From a virus (taxonomy: Duplodnaviria > Caudoviricetes), in IMG/VR virus record IMGVR_UViG_3300027985_000330, positions 1-56,306 of that record: a DNA stretch of 56,306 bases, one strand, 5' to 3'. The position numbers and the translations under genes were made by a program. Under the pieces are notes generated by a model. It was not told the origin of the DNA and made no database searches. It worked only from the letters and a program-made list of their open reading frames with translations. Every line of letters starts with the position of its first letter. The stretch's first letter is position 1. Below, piece by piece: positions 20,974-33,063 of the stretch.

Positions 20974-23900
20974 TTGTTTTTAAGATGGTCGAAATATCCA
21001 ACCTCAATCATTACCAATAGTCGTTTTTCGATTGCATCAAATAATGATTCGGTTTCTGCATTGCGCTTCAAATAACCTGTTGCACAAAAGACTTTGTTGA
21101 TTTGCAATCTGTGACTTGTAGGAGGCTCCCATGTATCGGGATGACCATGTAGATTTGCTGGCTCACCGAAACTAAAACTAAATTCAACAAGCTGCGATGG
21201 ACGATAATCCAGAAATTCGACAGATGTCAATATGTCGTTGTGCTCGAACATGATTCAATCTTTATTTTGTTCATATTTTGGTCGCGAGAACATTCCTTTT
21301 AAAAATGTTGTAAATGCTAACATGTGCCAAAATGATACGTTTCCAAGTTCTGTAAATCCTGTCAATTCTGACAATTTATCATCAAACGCATACCAAACCC
21401 AACACTCAATGCATGAAGAAATGAAAAGCAATGATATAATTGAGATAAACAAGCTGAATTGTTTTAGTGTAAATTTTTCCATAATAATGCTTTTGTTAAT
21501 GCTTACACCCACATTCGCAGGTTTCGAGTTCAGTCTTTCGGATTACCACGAACTTGTCAATCAAATTTTCCGCGAAATCAACGCAACTTGGCCATTGATC
21601 TTCAAAAAAATTATTTGCAATAAGTGCTATCTCTATTTCGAAGACTTCATCATCGCCGTTCACAATGCGTTCTATTTCATCCAGGAGCTCGTTTGCGTAT
21701 CCATCCGACACATAACACCTAAGTTCATTTATCGTCTCTTGTAGCTCATTCATAATCTTGCGTCTCCCATTTTCCGCCTCATGTTCGTTGCAACCAAAGT
21801 CGCAAACTCATTTCGAGCCACAATTGCAGTGCTAAAGGATTGCGAAAATTGTGACCATCCTGTTACGATGAATAAATTATTCTCCAGCTCTTCCCAGCAA
21901 TATGGATTGTGCGGAAACACGCGTGCATATTCATATTTTGGCATTGGTGCAAAACCGCCGACAAATAGCGATTTAAACCGCTCGCGATGCTCTACCATTT
22001 CGCGCTCGAGGTCGTTCATCTCCGGTAATGCACGTTCTGTATTTTGTTCGTCGCTCATATTATCCTTTCTTTTCGAGTTCTTTAATTCGTGATTCAAGCT
22101 GGAGTATCCTGATCATCTGATCGCCTGATAAATCCTTCCACGCGATCAGATCATGCTCAAGTCTCATTGCAACGTCAAGCGGAATTACCTCGCATCCCAT
22201 ACCGCATTCGAGTGTAATCCTCATCAGATTTTCCTTGCATATTGGTGTTTTTGATATGTCCATTATTCCCACATGTTTATTGTTTTTAACAAAGCCTCAC
22301 AACGTTGACGTGCGGTCATGTGTAAGTGAATAAACCAACCATCTTCCTGTGTAGACATATGGTTTTTCTCATAATCTCTAATTGCAACCATCCAAGACTT
22401 ATCTGCATATCGTCTGCGTTGCTCAAAATCAAGCTTTTCTTCTAAGCTATAACAGGCATTAAGATCATTTAGGTAGCTTGGAATAGCCTCAAGGCGACTT
22501 CCATTATTCTGACCAATAAGGATTTCATGCAATTCTCCAAAATCATCTCGAACAAAATCAGTGGTTATGTTTGTCCACCCATCCCACTCAGCCAACTTAA
22601 TTCTTATTTGTTCGTCTGTCATCACTCACTCTCCGCGCTTAGTTCTTTCTCCGGTTCGGGTTGAACCTGCCTGTTCAGATTCAGAATCAGATTCGCAATT
22701 GCAAGTATTTCAGCACTTGTCAATAAGATTCTTTGATCAAAATTATTCATAATCTCGTAATCTTCGCCGTCTTCACGAGGCAGCGACAACGTAACGGTGG
22801 AATCATCCGAACGAAACTCGAACGATACCGGCTTGATCTCAAATTGTTTCTCTTTCATATGCGTCTACGTAGAATTCTTCCCACACTCCATTTTTTACGT
22901 TTTGTTCTATCATCTCGATTGTCCATGCTGGTGATAATAGTTGACTTCCATTATCATCAATACAAACAAGATCATTTCCATGAACCTCAATAACCCAATC
23001 TAAGTTATTGTCAACTTCCATGTTGTATGCAAAGCACCGAATGCGCTCAACGGGTTCGTCGTCAAGCTTATTCTGTAGCGTCTGGATCTTATTTTCCATA
23101 GCTGCGAATACAGCATCAACCGTATTCAGGTAATCACCCGTTGGCTTGTCGTAGATTAGACAACATTGCTTATAATCAAATCGTGTATTCATAATGTTTC
23201 TTTTTTATAATACTTCCATAATTCTGTCCGACGGATACGCAAACCGTTTCATCTGCGTGATGCGCTTCAATAACTAATCCAACATTTCCATAACAACGTT
23301 CACCTCTAGCGTATAAAGTTTCATGTTTGCCGCAACACCCAACTCTTGATATTGCTTCCGAGAGGTTCTTTCCGAATTCAGGATCGTCTTTAATCATATC
23401 AAGACAATCGTTATAAATTACAACCGTTGTATTATATCCCACAATGTTTCCTTTTGTTTAAAAATGCGTGTTTACTTGCTGATTGCAAGCTTTTTATTTG
23501 CTATATGCGCATTTTCATAAAAATTGAGTTTTTCTATTTCGTCCTTATTTCTCGCTGCAAATTTATTAAGGAGAAAAACCGCCGTATATACACAAACTTC
23601 CCTGTTTAGCTCATTGTCCATAATATATGGAGCATACTTTCCACGCTTAACGGTATATCTGTTGTTTTCTGTCTTCACACTTCCCACCTTTCTACAATTT
23701 CAACAATTGTTGCGGCCGCTTCTTTGCGCCGTTTGCTGTTTGAGTGAAATGCCCATTTTTCATATGCGTTTTCACCAGCATCTTGGCATTTATGCCCAGC
23801 TTCCGCAAGCGGACAACTCTCACAACCAGGATTAATCAATTCTTCACTTTCAAGGAAAAGTTCACACAATGGACACTCATTTCTTAGATTTTCGATCTTT

Positions 23901-24136
23901 GAAAAGAGCTTCGATGGTAAAAAAACCTTAGAATCTATTTCCGGATGATCTCTCAAATATCTCCACACCTCAAGCGTGATTGCTTTTGCTTCTTTCTCAG
24001 TTAGCTTTTCAACGACACTAATAGGTTTACTGTCTTCTGTAAACGTTATTGTCATATCGCCTTTTATGATATTTGCCATAATGTTATCCTTTCGTTGTTT
24101 TCCTCAATCCTTCGATGATTCTTATGGATTGTCAAC

Positions 24137-24166
24137 AAAAAAAGAGCCAGAAGTTAATCTGGCTCA
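24137..24166 (-). terminator. Rho-independent terminator after SPFH gene
   Basis: GAGCCAGA...TCTGGCTC stem followed by T7 on minus strand. Confidence 0.6.
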
Positions 24167-24175
24167 TATTATTTA

Positions 24176-25153
24176 TTATTCAGATGGTTTTAATTGATAA
24201 AGTAAGTTTGTAGCTTCACCTCCAAGAATAAGTGTTTCTGGAGTCTTACCATCCCACTTACTAACCGCAACACCAAAGGCCTCAACCATCTTCATTTGAA
24301 CTTCAGTCTGAACCATTTTCTTTCTTGCTTCTGCCGCTTGTGCAAAAATATCAGCCTGCTTGCGTTCGTTTTCTGCAATTGAAAGAAGTCGTTCATTTTC
24401 AAACTTCTGAGCATCTTTTTCTTGCTCTTTTTGCTTGATCTTCATTTCCGCAACATATGCAGCATTGATTGAATCTTGGATTTCCTTGTCCTCAAACCAA
24501 AGACCCCCAGCAAGACCCAAAGAAGTAATAGTAATTCCGTATTGTTTATACTTTTCGACAATTTCAGCCTTAACAACATCAAAGGCCTCGTTCTTTTGAG
24601 TCTTACAATCCTCAAGATCACGTTTCCCGAATTCGCGAGAAAGTCCCGCTTGAACATCTGCCTTGATATTTGAATCAATGATTTGATGTAATTCTTTACT
24701 TGGATAGTAATACAAAAATGTTGCGGTATCTGGTTCTTCTATCTGTGCAGTGATATTGATTCCAACGGCAAAACCGATTGAGTCCCTCGATTCAACACCA
24801 ACTCCACCAACAAGCTTTCCATTTTCTTGTTTTGGTTGCCATTCCCTGGTCATTGGAGTCCGATTTACGGTAATAACTTTCAACGTGGGAATATATTCAC
24901 CAGAGAAATACATTCGTCCCTTTTGAAACCAACGTTTCGGAACCATGATGCGCTTGGTTGCTACTTTAGCATCCTCTAAGAATTCAACTGAATCAAATGA
25001 TTTTTGACCAGATTTGCTAGTTCCCTCAAGCGGGATCAAGAATGCCGTTTCATTATTCTGAATCTCGATAACGTCAGGTCGATTGTATGGCTTGCACGCA
25101 GTAAAAGAAAGCATTACAGAGAATGCAATCAAGATGATAAGTTTATTTTTCAT
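24176..25153 (-). CDS. SPFH/Band-7 family lipoprotein
   Basis: Likely start MKNK at 25153; lipobox FTAC; ESRDSIGFAVG, YGITITSLG, KWDGKTP and C-terminal coiled coil. Confidence 0.75.
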   Translation of the reverse strand: MKNKLIILIAFSVMLSFTACKPYNRPDVIEIQNNETAFLIPLEGTSKSGQKSFDSVEFLEDAKVATKRIMVPKRWFQKGRMYFSGEYIPTLKVITVNRTPMTREWQPKQENGKLVGGVGVESRDSIGFAVGINITAQIEEPDTATFLYYYPSKELHQIIDSNIKADVQAGLSREFGKRDLEDCKTQKNEAFDVVKAEIVEKYKQYGITITSLGLAGGLWFEDKEIQDSINAAYVAEMKIKQKEQEKDAQKFENERLLSIAENERKQADIFAQAAEARKKMVQTEVQMKMVEAFGVAVSKWDGKTPETLILGGEATNLLYQLKPSE

Positions 25154-25392
25154 TAATTGTTTCCTTTTTTTTGAATAATTGAATTGATACAAAAGTTGCA
25201 AAACAAAACCATGCTACAAAAACAAATGGTTTAGATTTTTGATAGATTTCCACGAATGCGTTTGATTCAATTGAATCGTTTACTTGATTTGTTGCTACTT
25301 CCGATGAAATAACAGGATCAAATGATTGAAATATAACCCATGCATACAACATGAGAAATATGATTAGTATTTTTAATATAGTTTTCATAATT

Positions 25393-25809
25393 TTACCAAG
25401 GTATATCGTCTTCTTCATCATTGTTAGAAGATTTGTTTTCTGTCAAGACTTCTTTTTCTTTATTACGCTTTTTTTTTACCTTTGGTCTTCCACCCTTTTG
25501 ACCATTATTCCACCTAGCAATCAATGATCGATTAGCATCTTCGAAATATAACCCCTTTAAAAGTCCATCTTCGGTTTCTTCGATAAATCCAGCCTCAATA
25601 AAAGCATCAAATAACGCTTGCGGTTCAACATCATCACCGGCTCTGCAAAGATGATGAAACTCATCAACGGATTCAATCGAAAATAAAACAGATTGAGTTC
25701 TCTGAAGATAGAATCCTAGTGCCAATAAATAATGATCGCACTTATCGCCAATCTTTTTCGAGAAACGAAGATAGTGATACTCTTCAAATAATGTAGGATG
25801 TAAGTTCAT
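25393..25809 (-). CDS. Replication-initiator-like N-terminal domain protein
   Basis: ALFDAFIEAGFI, NGQKGGRP motif, acidic DDIPW tail. Confidence 0.45.
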   Translation of the reverse strand: MNLHPTLFEEYHYLRFSKKIGDKCDHYLLALGFYLQRTQSVLFSIESVDEFHHLCRAGDDVEPQALFDAFIEAGFIEETEDGLLKGLYFEDANRSLIARWNNGQKGGRPKVKKKRNKEKEVLTENKSSNNDEEDDIPW

Positions 25810-25984
25810 ACCAATTTTTAATTTTACGCATTTTATAAAAAGAAGGCCCGCCCCGAATTTGTGCGTAAATGGTATGAACCAACGGAGCGAGCCAACTTAA
25901 AAAAACTATGTTTATGATTCAACCTTATTTTACGCACAATACAAGCATAATCACTTTCAATAAAATTGCAAGCATACTGAACAA

Positions 25985-26137
25985 AATTATATCGAATTAA
26001 ACCGAATTGAATCATACCAAACCGAATTGAACAGAACTACATTGAATTAAACTAAATTATATTAAATTAAATAAGACTGGTTAGCTGCTGGTTTTCACAA
26101 AGAAACCAGTAGGTTTCCGTAGGTTAACCAGTAGGTT
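25985..26137. repeat. 5-bp periodic tract and short direct repeats (candidate origin)
   Basis: 19 consecutive nAnnR pentamers 25985-26079; AACCAGTAGGTT at 26104 and 26126. Confidence 0.55.
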
Positions 26138-26175
26138 TTTACATCCCATCAAAATCGCTTAATGTTCGCTTAATC

Positions 26176-26493
26176 TCAATTGTGTCTCAATTGCCATTGA
26201 TTACGACGTAAGATTTCAAACCATTTACCAATCTTTACGCAAAACACCTCGTAATTAATATCCGATCCATGACAATTATAAAGATCCGATACAATCTCAT
26301 AACGTTTAGCCCTAATCCAGCTTCAGTGGAATTTTTTCAATTCAGGGAATCCACATAGCGTTTCGAAGCGTCCAGGATGCTCGTTAATCTCTTCTTCGAG
26401 TGTGAGCTCCTCTTCTGTAGGTGTAAGCGTCAAAGTCTTATCATCGTTGACTGTAAGCGTGTATTGTTGTCCGTTGAGTTCACATGTATTCAT
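26176..26493 (-). pseudogene. Small ORF interrupted by in-frame TGA (26323-26325)
   Basis: ATGA-coupled start; 56 codons, TGA, then 48 further open codons with no Met. Confidence 0.4.
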
Positions 26494-29400
26494 GGTTGTG
26501 TTGAGTTGGTTGTTTGTTCGATTTGCGTTGATGATGCTCGTTCGCTATCTGCTTTATCTTTTCTGAGCATAAAACATCCGATTCCAATGCACAAGCATAA
26601 AATAGCACCTGCAATGAAGGAAATTCCTGCGTCTCCGTTGGTTCCATCATTTTTCTTTATACCGTAGCACTCGACAATTGTGGCAAGTGACATGATAATG
26701 GATACAATGATAATGTAATTCATGATTTTGATTTTCCATCAAATAAGTTGTGCACCCATAATTTAAATCGCTCAAATGAGGTTGGTGGTTTGTGTGTACA
26801 TTCTGGATATGCAAGTCTTAATAGATCATTTGTGGGATCGGTAAATAAGCCATTGGATATAGCCACTTCTTCGTTTTTGATTATATCGATTGATCCATCT
26901 GGTCTTTGATAAAGTAATGTTCCAGGTTTTATGTCCGACAATGTTTTTCCATAAAATCGCATTTTTAGCGAATCAGCTTTTTCGCACCATTTGCGATATT
27001 CCTCATCGAGTTCAATTGCGTATTCGTGATAGTGGCTCATTATATGTATTCTTTCGGATTAAAGTCATTGAAGTCACAAATATATTCTTCGGTTCCATCA
27101 ATGTGAAAGTCGCCAAGATAAGCAGTATCACAATCAAGAATAGATACACATTGAAGCGAACCATTTGTGCGTTGCAATAATAGGTAATAATTATCACGAT
27201 ATTTCCAGATTTGTCCTGACTTTGGAATTCGTTTTTTTGGTTCGATGTAGAGCTCAAGATTGCTATCGTCTTGACTCCAACCATTAAAACTATCTTCTGG
27301 ATATTCAGCATAAAGCCATTTTCCACCCCACCAATAAATATAATTTATTGTATAAGGCTTTGGTGTTGCATGGCTTTTTGAAATGACCCTATCACCAACC
27401 TTAAATTTTTGTTGAGGACGTTTTTCAAAATCGGACTCCATCAATCCTGAAGTATGTAAAATTCCACTTACAACATTGTATGCAACACGATCGCAATTAT
27501 CAATACTTCTACTCGCGATAGTGGCAAAATTGCCGTGGTGATTACTCCACACCTCTTCACCGACCTCATATTTAGCAATCTTATTCAGAATTTCTTCTTT
27601 GGTTGCTTTTCTGAAAGCATATATACTCCAACCTGAACAATATCTAAGACTGCCAAGTGGTTCAAGCGTAGAAAATCTATCTCCAGAAATAGATGCGATC
27701 CTTCCTGTAAACTCCGAACGATATGTAGTCGAATCCAGCGTAACCCAATCTCCAACCTTGAAAACAGGTTCATTCTTGTTCAATTCTTCACGAATCGCTT
27801 TTACTTCGTCTTCAATCTTCTCTAACCGTGTGTTAATTGTATTCATATTTTACCAATTTCCGATATAATTTGTTTTATTCTTCAATGTGCTTATTTTCAG
27901 CTCTAATGCTTCAATTTGCGATTGATACGATCCAACGCTTTGATTTGCATTATGCAACGCTTTTGTCAGCCGGATATTCTCTTGTTCGAGATTGCGGGCA
28001 AATGATGATAAGACCACCTTGTGTCCTTCAAGTGTCACCTCTGCTTCGTCGGTCAGTGGTGTATTTGTGTTGCTCATTTGCGTGCCTCCCATTCGCTTAT
28101 TGCATCTCTAAGCTCTGCCATGATGATTTCCGATCCCTGTGATGGTTTGCTGAATTTTGATAGCTTTGCTTCAAGTCGCGCAAGTTGATCTTTTGCGATC
28201 TGATATTCAGATTCGTTTGTAATGCGTTTTTTTGCCATAGTTTTTTTAAATGTGTTCGATTGTGAATTCAACGTTTTCCGATTGCAGAAAAGCATCTATA
28301 AAGTCAACGGATTCCTCGACGTCAAGATGCTTGCAATAATCGATCATAGATGCATCAAATGCTTCGATGGATATGCAACCAATTGAGCTACTGATTGCAA
28401 AGCGGATTACGTTATGATCTTCGAAGTCATCCGAGAAAACGATGGGTGTTTTCAGCGTGTAAATTGAATTCAGGTGAATAGGTTTTTCTTTCATGATTAT
28501 GCATTTTTAAGAATGACACAAGCCCAATCGAATAAAGACAAATTCCAGTTTGATTGTGAAATCCAAGTTTCGCGTAAATCAATCATATACTCTGGATCTA
28601 ATGAGTAAAAGAATCCATCTACTGCTTTTAGCTTCTCAATTTCGTCGGATTCGTCAATGCCTAGAAATCTATCTTCCCATGCATATTTTACTGCATTGAT
28701 AAGCGATTTCGAAACTTCTGTTGAATTAATTGTTTTACATTTCATGATTCAAATAAAAAAGCATCAACTTGCTTGAGTCAATGCTTTTTTTAAAAAAGAT
28801 TTTTATTATTGTTTAATGCTTGAAATATAGTTAATTGCTTTTGTCAATGATCCCCATGTCGGCGATTCATTATAAAAGCTAAGACACTTGAGGATTATTT
28901 CTTGTGCCTTTTCTTGGCTTCCTGCAAGATTGAAAAGAGATCCATAAACTCTTACAATATGCCCTTGGATGTTTACTCCGAATTCTTCTCTGCTGATTGC
29001 GTCTGTTTTATTTTTCATGTTTATAATAGAACATGAATCAAAAACGATTTCAAGCACTTTTTTTAAAAAAAATAAAAAAAATTACAGCGGATATTTTTCC
29101 ATGCATTCGAGAACCGCGCTGCGAAAGGAATCTAAGTGATTCAAAACGCATTCCTTTGGTAGCGAAACTTGCGCGTAATTCTGATTCGGATCAGCTAGGT
29201 AATCGATAATTTTCTGATCGTCCAACAATGCAAGATATTCGTCTAGTTCGATTACAACTTTTTCGGTAAAATCCATGTCAGAATTCCCCCTTTACGATCA
29301 GCTTCGGCAGAAAATAAATCGCACAAGCCTGCAAAAAGGTAACATGCGGAATCCACGTTGAAAGCGGATCTAACGCATTAAGTAGCAGCATCACTGCAAG

Positions 29401-29599
29401 CGACTTTGCAAGTCCATAGACGATTCCGTATGCATCGATGAGCATCTTATTATTTTGCTGACGTGAAGGGTTCTCAAATTGCTCAAGACGATCCATTAAA
29501 TCGATATAGCTTTGAGCGTGACTATATTCGTCATGTTCGTTATTATTGTTTTCGTTCATTCGTATTAATAAGATTGTTTGTTATTTGCAAAAGTAAACA

Positions 29600-30202
29600 T
29601 TATTCGCAGATATATAATTTTGTCCAATTATGCCTGAAGACAACAACATCATTGAATTTTTTTTCGTGCAGGATTTCGCGTAAAAACGTCTCTGAATACT
29701 CACCATGCGGATTGTAGTCTTCATCCTTAGGATTACCTTCTGGTGTGCTCAGGAAGAGCTTACCGCCTTGTTTTAGCGTCGTTCTGATGTGCTCAAAGAA
29801 TTTATCAAGAACGTGACGATCAACATGTTCGATTACCTCAATACAAAATACAAAATCATATTTGTCTTTTCCGGTCATTACTTCGATAAAATCATCATTC
29901 ATTACTTTATGATTCTCATCCTTCAAAATGCTACGATGATGATAAGCCGAATCCGCATCGAGTTCAATCCCAAGATAATTCTCAATTCGCAAATGCTGAA
30001 TCATGGATTGATATCCGAACCCGCAACCGCTACCAATATCAAGAATGGAAATAGGCGGCTTAATCGCAACGTCTTGCGTTGGTAAGATCAATTGAATCGG
30101 CCCGTCATAACAGCGGATATGTCCATATGAATAATCCGGTTTTCCGGTGTTTTGGATGCGTTGTTGCATTAATGCGAATTCTGATGGTGTTGGTTGTGCC
30201 AT
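29600..30202 (-). CDS. Class I SAM-dependent methyltransferase
   Basis: ILDIGSGCGFG, YDFVFCIEVIEHV, LKQGGKLFLSTP. Confidence 0.9.
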   Translation of the reverse strand: MAQPTPSEFALMQQRIQNTGKPDYSYGHIRCYDGPIQLILPTQDVAIKPPISILDIGSGCGFGYQSMIQHLRIENYLGIELDADSAYHHRSILKDENHKVMNDDFIEVMTGKDKYDFVFCIEVIEHVDRHVLDKFFEHIRTTLKQGGKLFLSTPEGNPKDEDYNPHGEYSETFLREILHEKKFNDVVVFRHNWTKLYICE

Positions 30203-30438
30203 GTGTTATTCTGATTCCTTTTCTTTCTTGTTCATATCTTCAATAATCGTCGCTATTAGCGCATTGATTCCGTTTTGTCTATTGTGTTCAACGCTTCCTT
30301 TTTTGAGATTATGATTTTCCACATCATAAAATTCATATGTATATTTGCACAATCCCATTCCTATGTTTCCTTCGTTATGTCCATATATGTGGTTAATCAA
30401 CATTCCGTTAATACGTGTTTCTACTGTAAACATAATTA

Positions 30439-30996
30439 TTAGTATTTAAATCCTGTTATTGATTCGATGTTTGTTGGATAAATTGATTGCTCTACGCATA
30501 CATTTATGTATCTAGGATCGTAAATGCATGAATCGGTAGAACCGGGATCTGCATTCTTTTCCAGTATTGGAATCCTGATTTTACGTTGATGCGTGTGTCC
30601 ATGAACATTAGCGATACACCAATGCGGAATTGACGCGCTATGAATCGGATAATGTGAGAGCAATAAATTTCCAATCTTCCAACCCGCTCGAATATCTTCG
30701 AAATATTTTAGATATTCTTTAGCCCCGTAATGATCATGGTTTCCACCAATTAGAATCTTGCGTCCATTGAGTTTAGAACATTTCTCAAGTGCTTTTCGTG
30801 GAATTGCAATATCTCCCAATATATAACATGTATCTGCATTTTTGACAATGGAATTATAGGCTTCTATCATGATTTCGTCACCTTCATCAGAATTCAAAGC
30901 CCATGGACGAATCGAAATTCCGTTTTCATCCTTAAACTTACTATATACGGATTCGTGTCCGAAGTGAAAATCACTTATGACAAATCTACGTTTCAT
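30439..30996 (-). CDS. Calcineurin-like metallophosphoesterase
   Basis: SDFHFGH, LGD, GNHD, SHYP, HGHTH. Confidence 0.9.
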   Translation of the reverse strand: MKRRFVISDFHFGHESVYSKFKDENGISIRPWALNSDEGDEIMIEAYNSIVKNADTCYILGDIAIPRKALEKCSKLNGRKILIGGNHDHYGAKEYLKYFEDIRAGWKIGNLLLSHYPIHSASIPHWCIANVHGHTHQRKIRIPILEKNADPGSTDSCIYDPRYINVCVEQSIYPTNIESITGFKY

Positions 30997-31261
30997 TATG
31001 ACAACATAAAGCGTTGCTGTGGCTTTGATCGATATAGCATAATCCCCATTACCCCGTCTTCGTCCACACCTTGAATCTGTATATATTCAATTGATGGATC
31101 ACGGTCAAGCTGACGCATTGCGTTTTTTAAGTATGTTGCATCTTCTGGAAATAAGTCTGAATTATATGACTTTGTAATGCGTTCCCATTCGCGCGTTTTG
31201 AATTCTTCATGTTCAATTGTATAGACCCTATTTTTATCGATATTCATATTATATATAATGA

Positions 31262-31666
31262 TTAAATATACTCAAAGCGTTGCTTTTGTTGTGCAACGAT
31301 ATTATCAGGAACGTTATGCGTATTCTGAAAATTTCCGTCCATTTCTTTTACGTAAACCGTATATCCATATTTATTAGCAAGCTTAATATATGGTTCATAT
31401 TCCCATTTTCGCGTAAATGTATTTGAAACGATGACACTATCTCAATCGTTTAACATCGCAGCTTCTGCTGTGTGTTGGCAGAGTTCATGGCAATGCTTAA
31501 GTTTTGCTGGTTCGAACTTATATTGTTTATTTTCATCGATCATGAACATATCAGATTCAACATGCAAAGCAAGCAATCCGCTTAATACAGATTCTTGCCA
31601 AAGCTTATTTGCAAATGTGGTTTTACCGCTTCCGCTCCATCCTCGAATAATCCAAAGTTCTTTCAT
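31262..31666 (-). pseudogene. P-loop (AAA_33 / PNK-like) kinase interrupted by one in-frame TGA at 31442-31444
   Basis: RGWSGSGKTT; same frame continues DSVIVSNTFTRKWEYEPY...HNVP...RFEYI to TAA at 31262. Confidence 0.8.
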
Positions 31667-31720
31667 TTTTCAAAACGAAAGCATATTTTTGATTGATTTG
31701 CAAGCATAAAATGAAGCAAG

Positions 31721-31803
31721 CAATAAAAAAGCCGTCGAAAGACGGCTAATCTAACACTGAGTTGGATTGCACCTCGTTACCTCGGGCAATCAACATTCTT
31801 GTT
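31721..31803 (+). repeat. ~82-bp direct repeat copy 1 (terminator + first attC-like site)
   Basis: Matches 42645-42726 except one substitution and one indel in the loop; identity ends at the GTT core. Confidence 0.95.
31725..31747 (-). terminator. Rho-independent terminator closing cassette array A
   Basis: GCCGTC-TTTC-GACGGC followed by T6. Confidence 0.8.
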
Positions 31804-32064
31804 CTGAGAAATAGTTATGGTTATACTTTCGCCCCTCTCTATTTGATTTTTTTCAACAAATGTTTCCAGTAGCTTTATAAATCCTGACAGTCCTCCAACA
31901 ATTGAAACCATTTCAGTGTCTTTGATTTTTCCCTTTGTTTCAGTGTCGTGACCAGCACCCCAAGATGTAAATCCGTATGTGCTGACAATGAATTTGCCAG
32001 AACAAGGCGTTTGAATTGAATTGCGAGAATCTCTCGCGTTTTGTTTGTCTGTTTCGTTGTTCAT
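31777..32064 (-). CDS. Cassette A1 hypothetical protein
   Basis: Likely start MNNETDK inside attC loop; C-terminus runs into the next attC arm. Confidence 0.6.
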   Translation of the reverse strand: MNNETDKQNARDSRNSIQTPCSGKFIVSTYGFTSWGAGHDTETKGKIKDTEMVSIVGGLSGFIKLLETFVEKNQIERGESITITISQNKNVDCPR

Positions 32065-32107
32065 ATCTTTATTAGTTCGTGTTCTCGCAATCATTCAACT
32101 TGTGGTT

Positions 32108-32356
32108 CTACAGATATTTGTTTGCGTCTTTCACGGCAGATCTATCCTGCTTGGTTGCAGACGGATAAACCATGTCAGCAAGTGGACACATCCGAAAATC
32201 TAGCACCATTTGAAATCTCCGAATGGTGAAATACCAGAGCCGACCACCCCAATACCGGTCAAATACAAACCACTTTTTCCAGCAGTTCTTATTCTTTTTG
32301 TGTTTTCGAAAGCTTACTTTTGGGAGCTTCCATCTATTTGCTTTTAACATATTCAT
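32108..32356 (-). CDS. Cassette A2 hypothetical basic protein
   Basis: Stop codon lies within core GTTCTAC. Confidence 0.6.
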   Translation of the reverse strand: MNMLKANRWKLPKVSFRKHKKNKNCWKKWFVFDRYWGGRLWYFTIRRFQMVLDFRMCPLADMVYPSATKQDRSAVKDANKYL

Positions 32357-32396
32357 AATAAAATTTTAGTAGAACAAATCAGTTCGTCGGAATTGC

Positions 32397-32771
32397 TTAC
32401 CGTTCCTGCTCGCAATCCACGACTTCGCGGTTCGGCAAATAAGGAAGCGGTATCCAGTGAGTTGGTTCATTCGCACCATCAAGCTTGTGCTGTGACACAG
32501 AATTTTTAACGTAACTCCACCATCCTTCTGCCTCTTGTTGTGAATCATAACCTTGATCCTTCCATAGCTCAACCTCAGTTCCATCTGTAGCGATTATAAC
32601 CCCAGTATCATAAAAGGCATTATGAACAATCCAAACAGATGCGAAATCGTATCCAACTATAATTTCAGTTCCATCTTTTGGTGCCGTCTCAATAGACATC
32701 CAAGCCGAACAAGGCGTTTTAAGAAACTCGCTACCGCTCGTTTCGTTTTGATTATGTATATCTTTTGTCAT
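32397..32771 (-). CDS. Cassette A3, DUF551-like phage protein
   Basis: WMSIETAPKDGTEII ... PTHWIPLP motifs; start in attC loop. Confidence 0.7.
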   Translation of the reverse strand: MTKDIHNQNETSGSEFLKTPCSAWMSIETAPKDGTEIIVGYDFASVWIVHNAFYDTGVIIATDGTEVELWKDQGYDSQQEAEGWWSYVKNSVSQHKLDGANEPTHWIPLPYLPNREVVDCEQER

Positions 32772-32792
32772 AGCTCGTTCTTAAACTTAGCG

Positions 32793-32987
32793 TTAGCTAG
32801 ATTCTTCATTGATTTCTTCTAATGTCATTTTGATTTTCGTTTCACCAATTCCGTGTTTATACCACAATAATGTAAACTCGTGTTTTGCCATATCGGTCAT
32901 ACCAGCGTTTAGAATCTTGGTGTATTCCGGCATAGCCCATTCTCCAGTCATTTCAATACATTCTTCAAATAATTCTCCAGCTTTCAT
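32793..32987 (-). CDS. Cassette A4 hypothetical protein
   Basis: AAAGGA RBS; TAA stop formed by the GTTA core. Confidence 0.6.
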   Translation of the reverse strand: MKAGELFEECIEMTGEWAMPEYTKILNAGMTDMAKHEFTLLWYKHGIGETKIKMTLEEINEESS

Positions 32988-33063
32988 AGCGTTTCCTTTC
33001 TAATTTGGAGCTAACAATACATTCTATGTAATCCTGAACCGCTCCGATCTCAGGATACATAAA

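Larger units (their letters stand above)
19747..31247 (-). other. Block of ~30 tightly packed small accessory ORFs, mostly hypothetical
   Basis: Co-oriented ORFs with frequent ATGA/TGATG overlaps (e.g. 21750, 22622, 26490, 26720, 28074). Confidence 0.75.
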
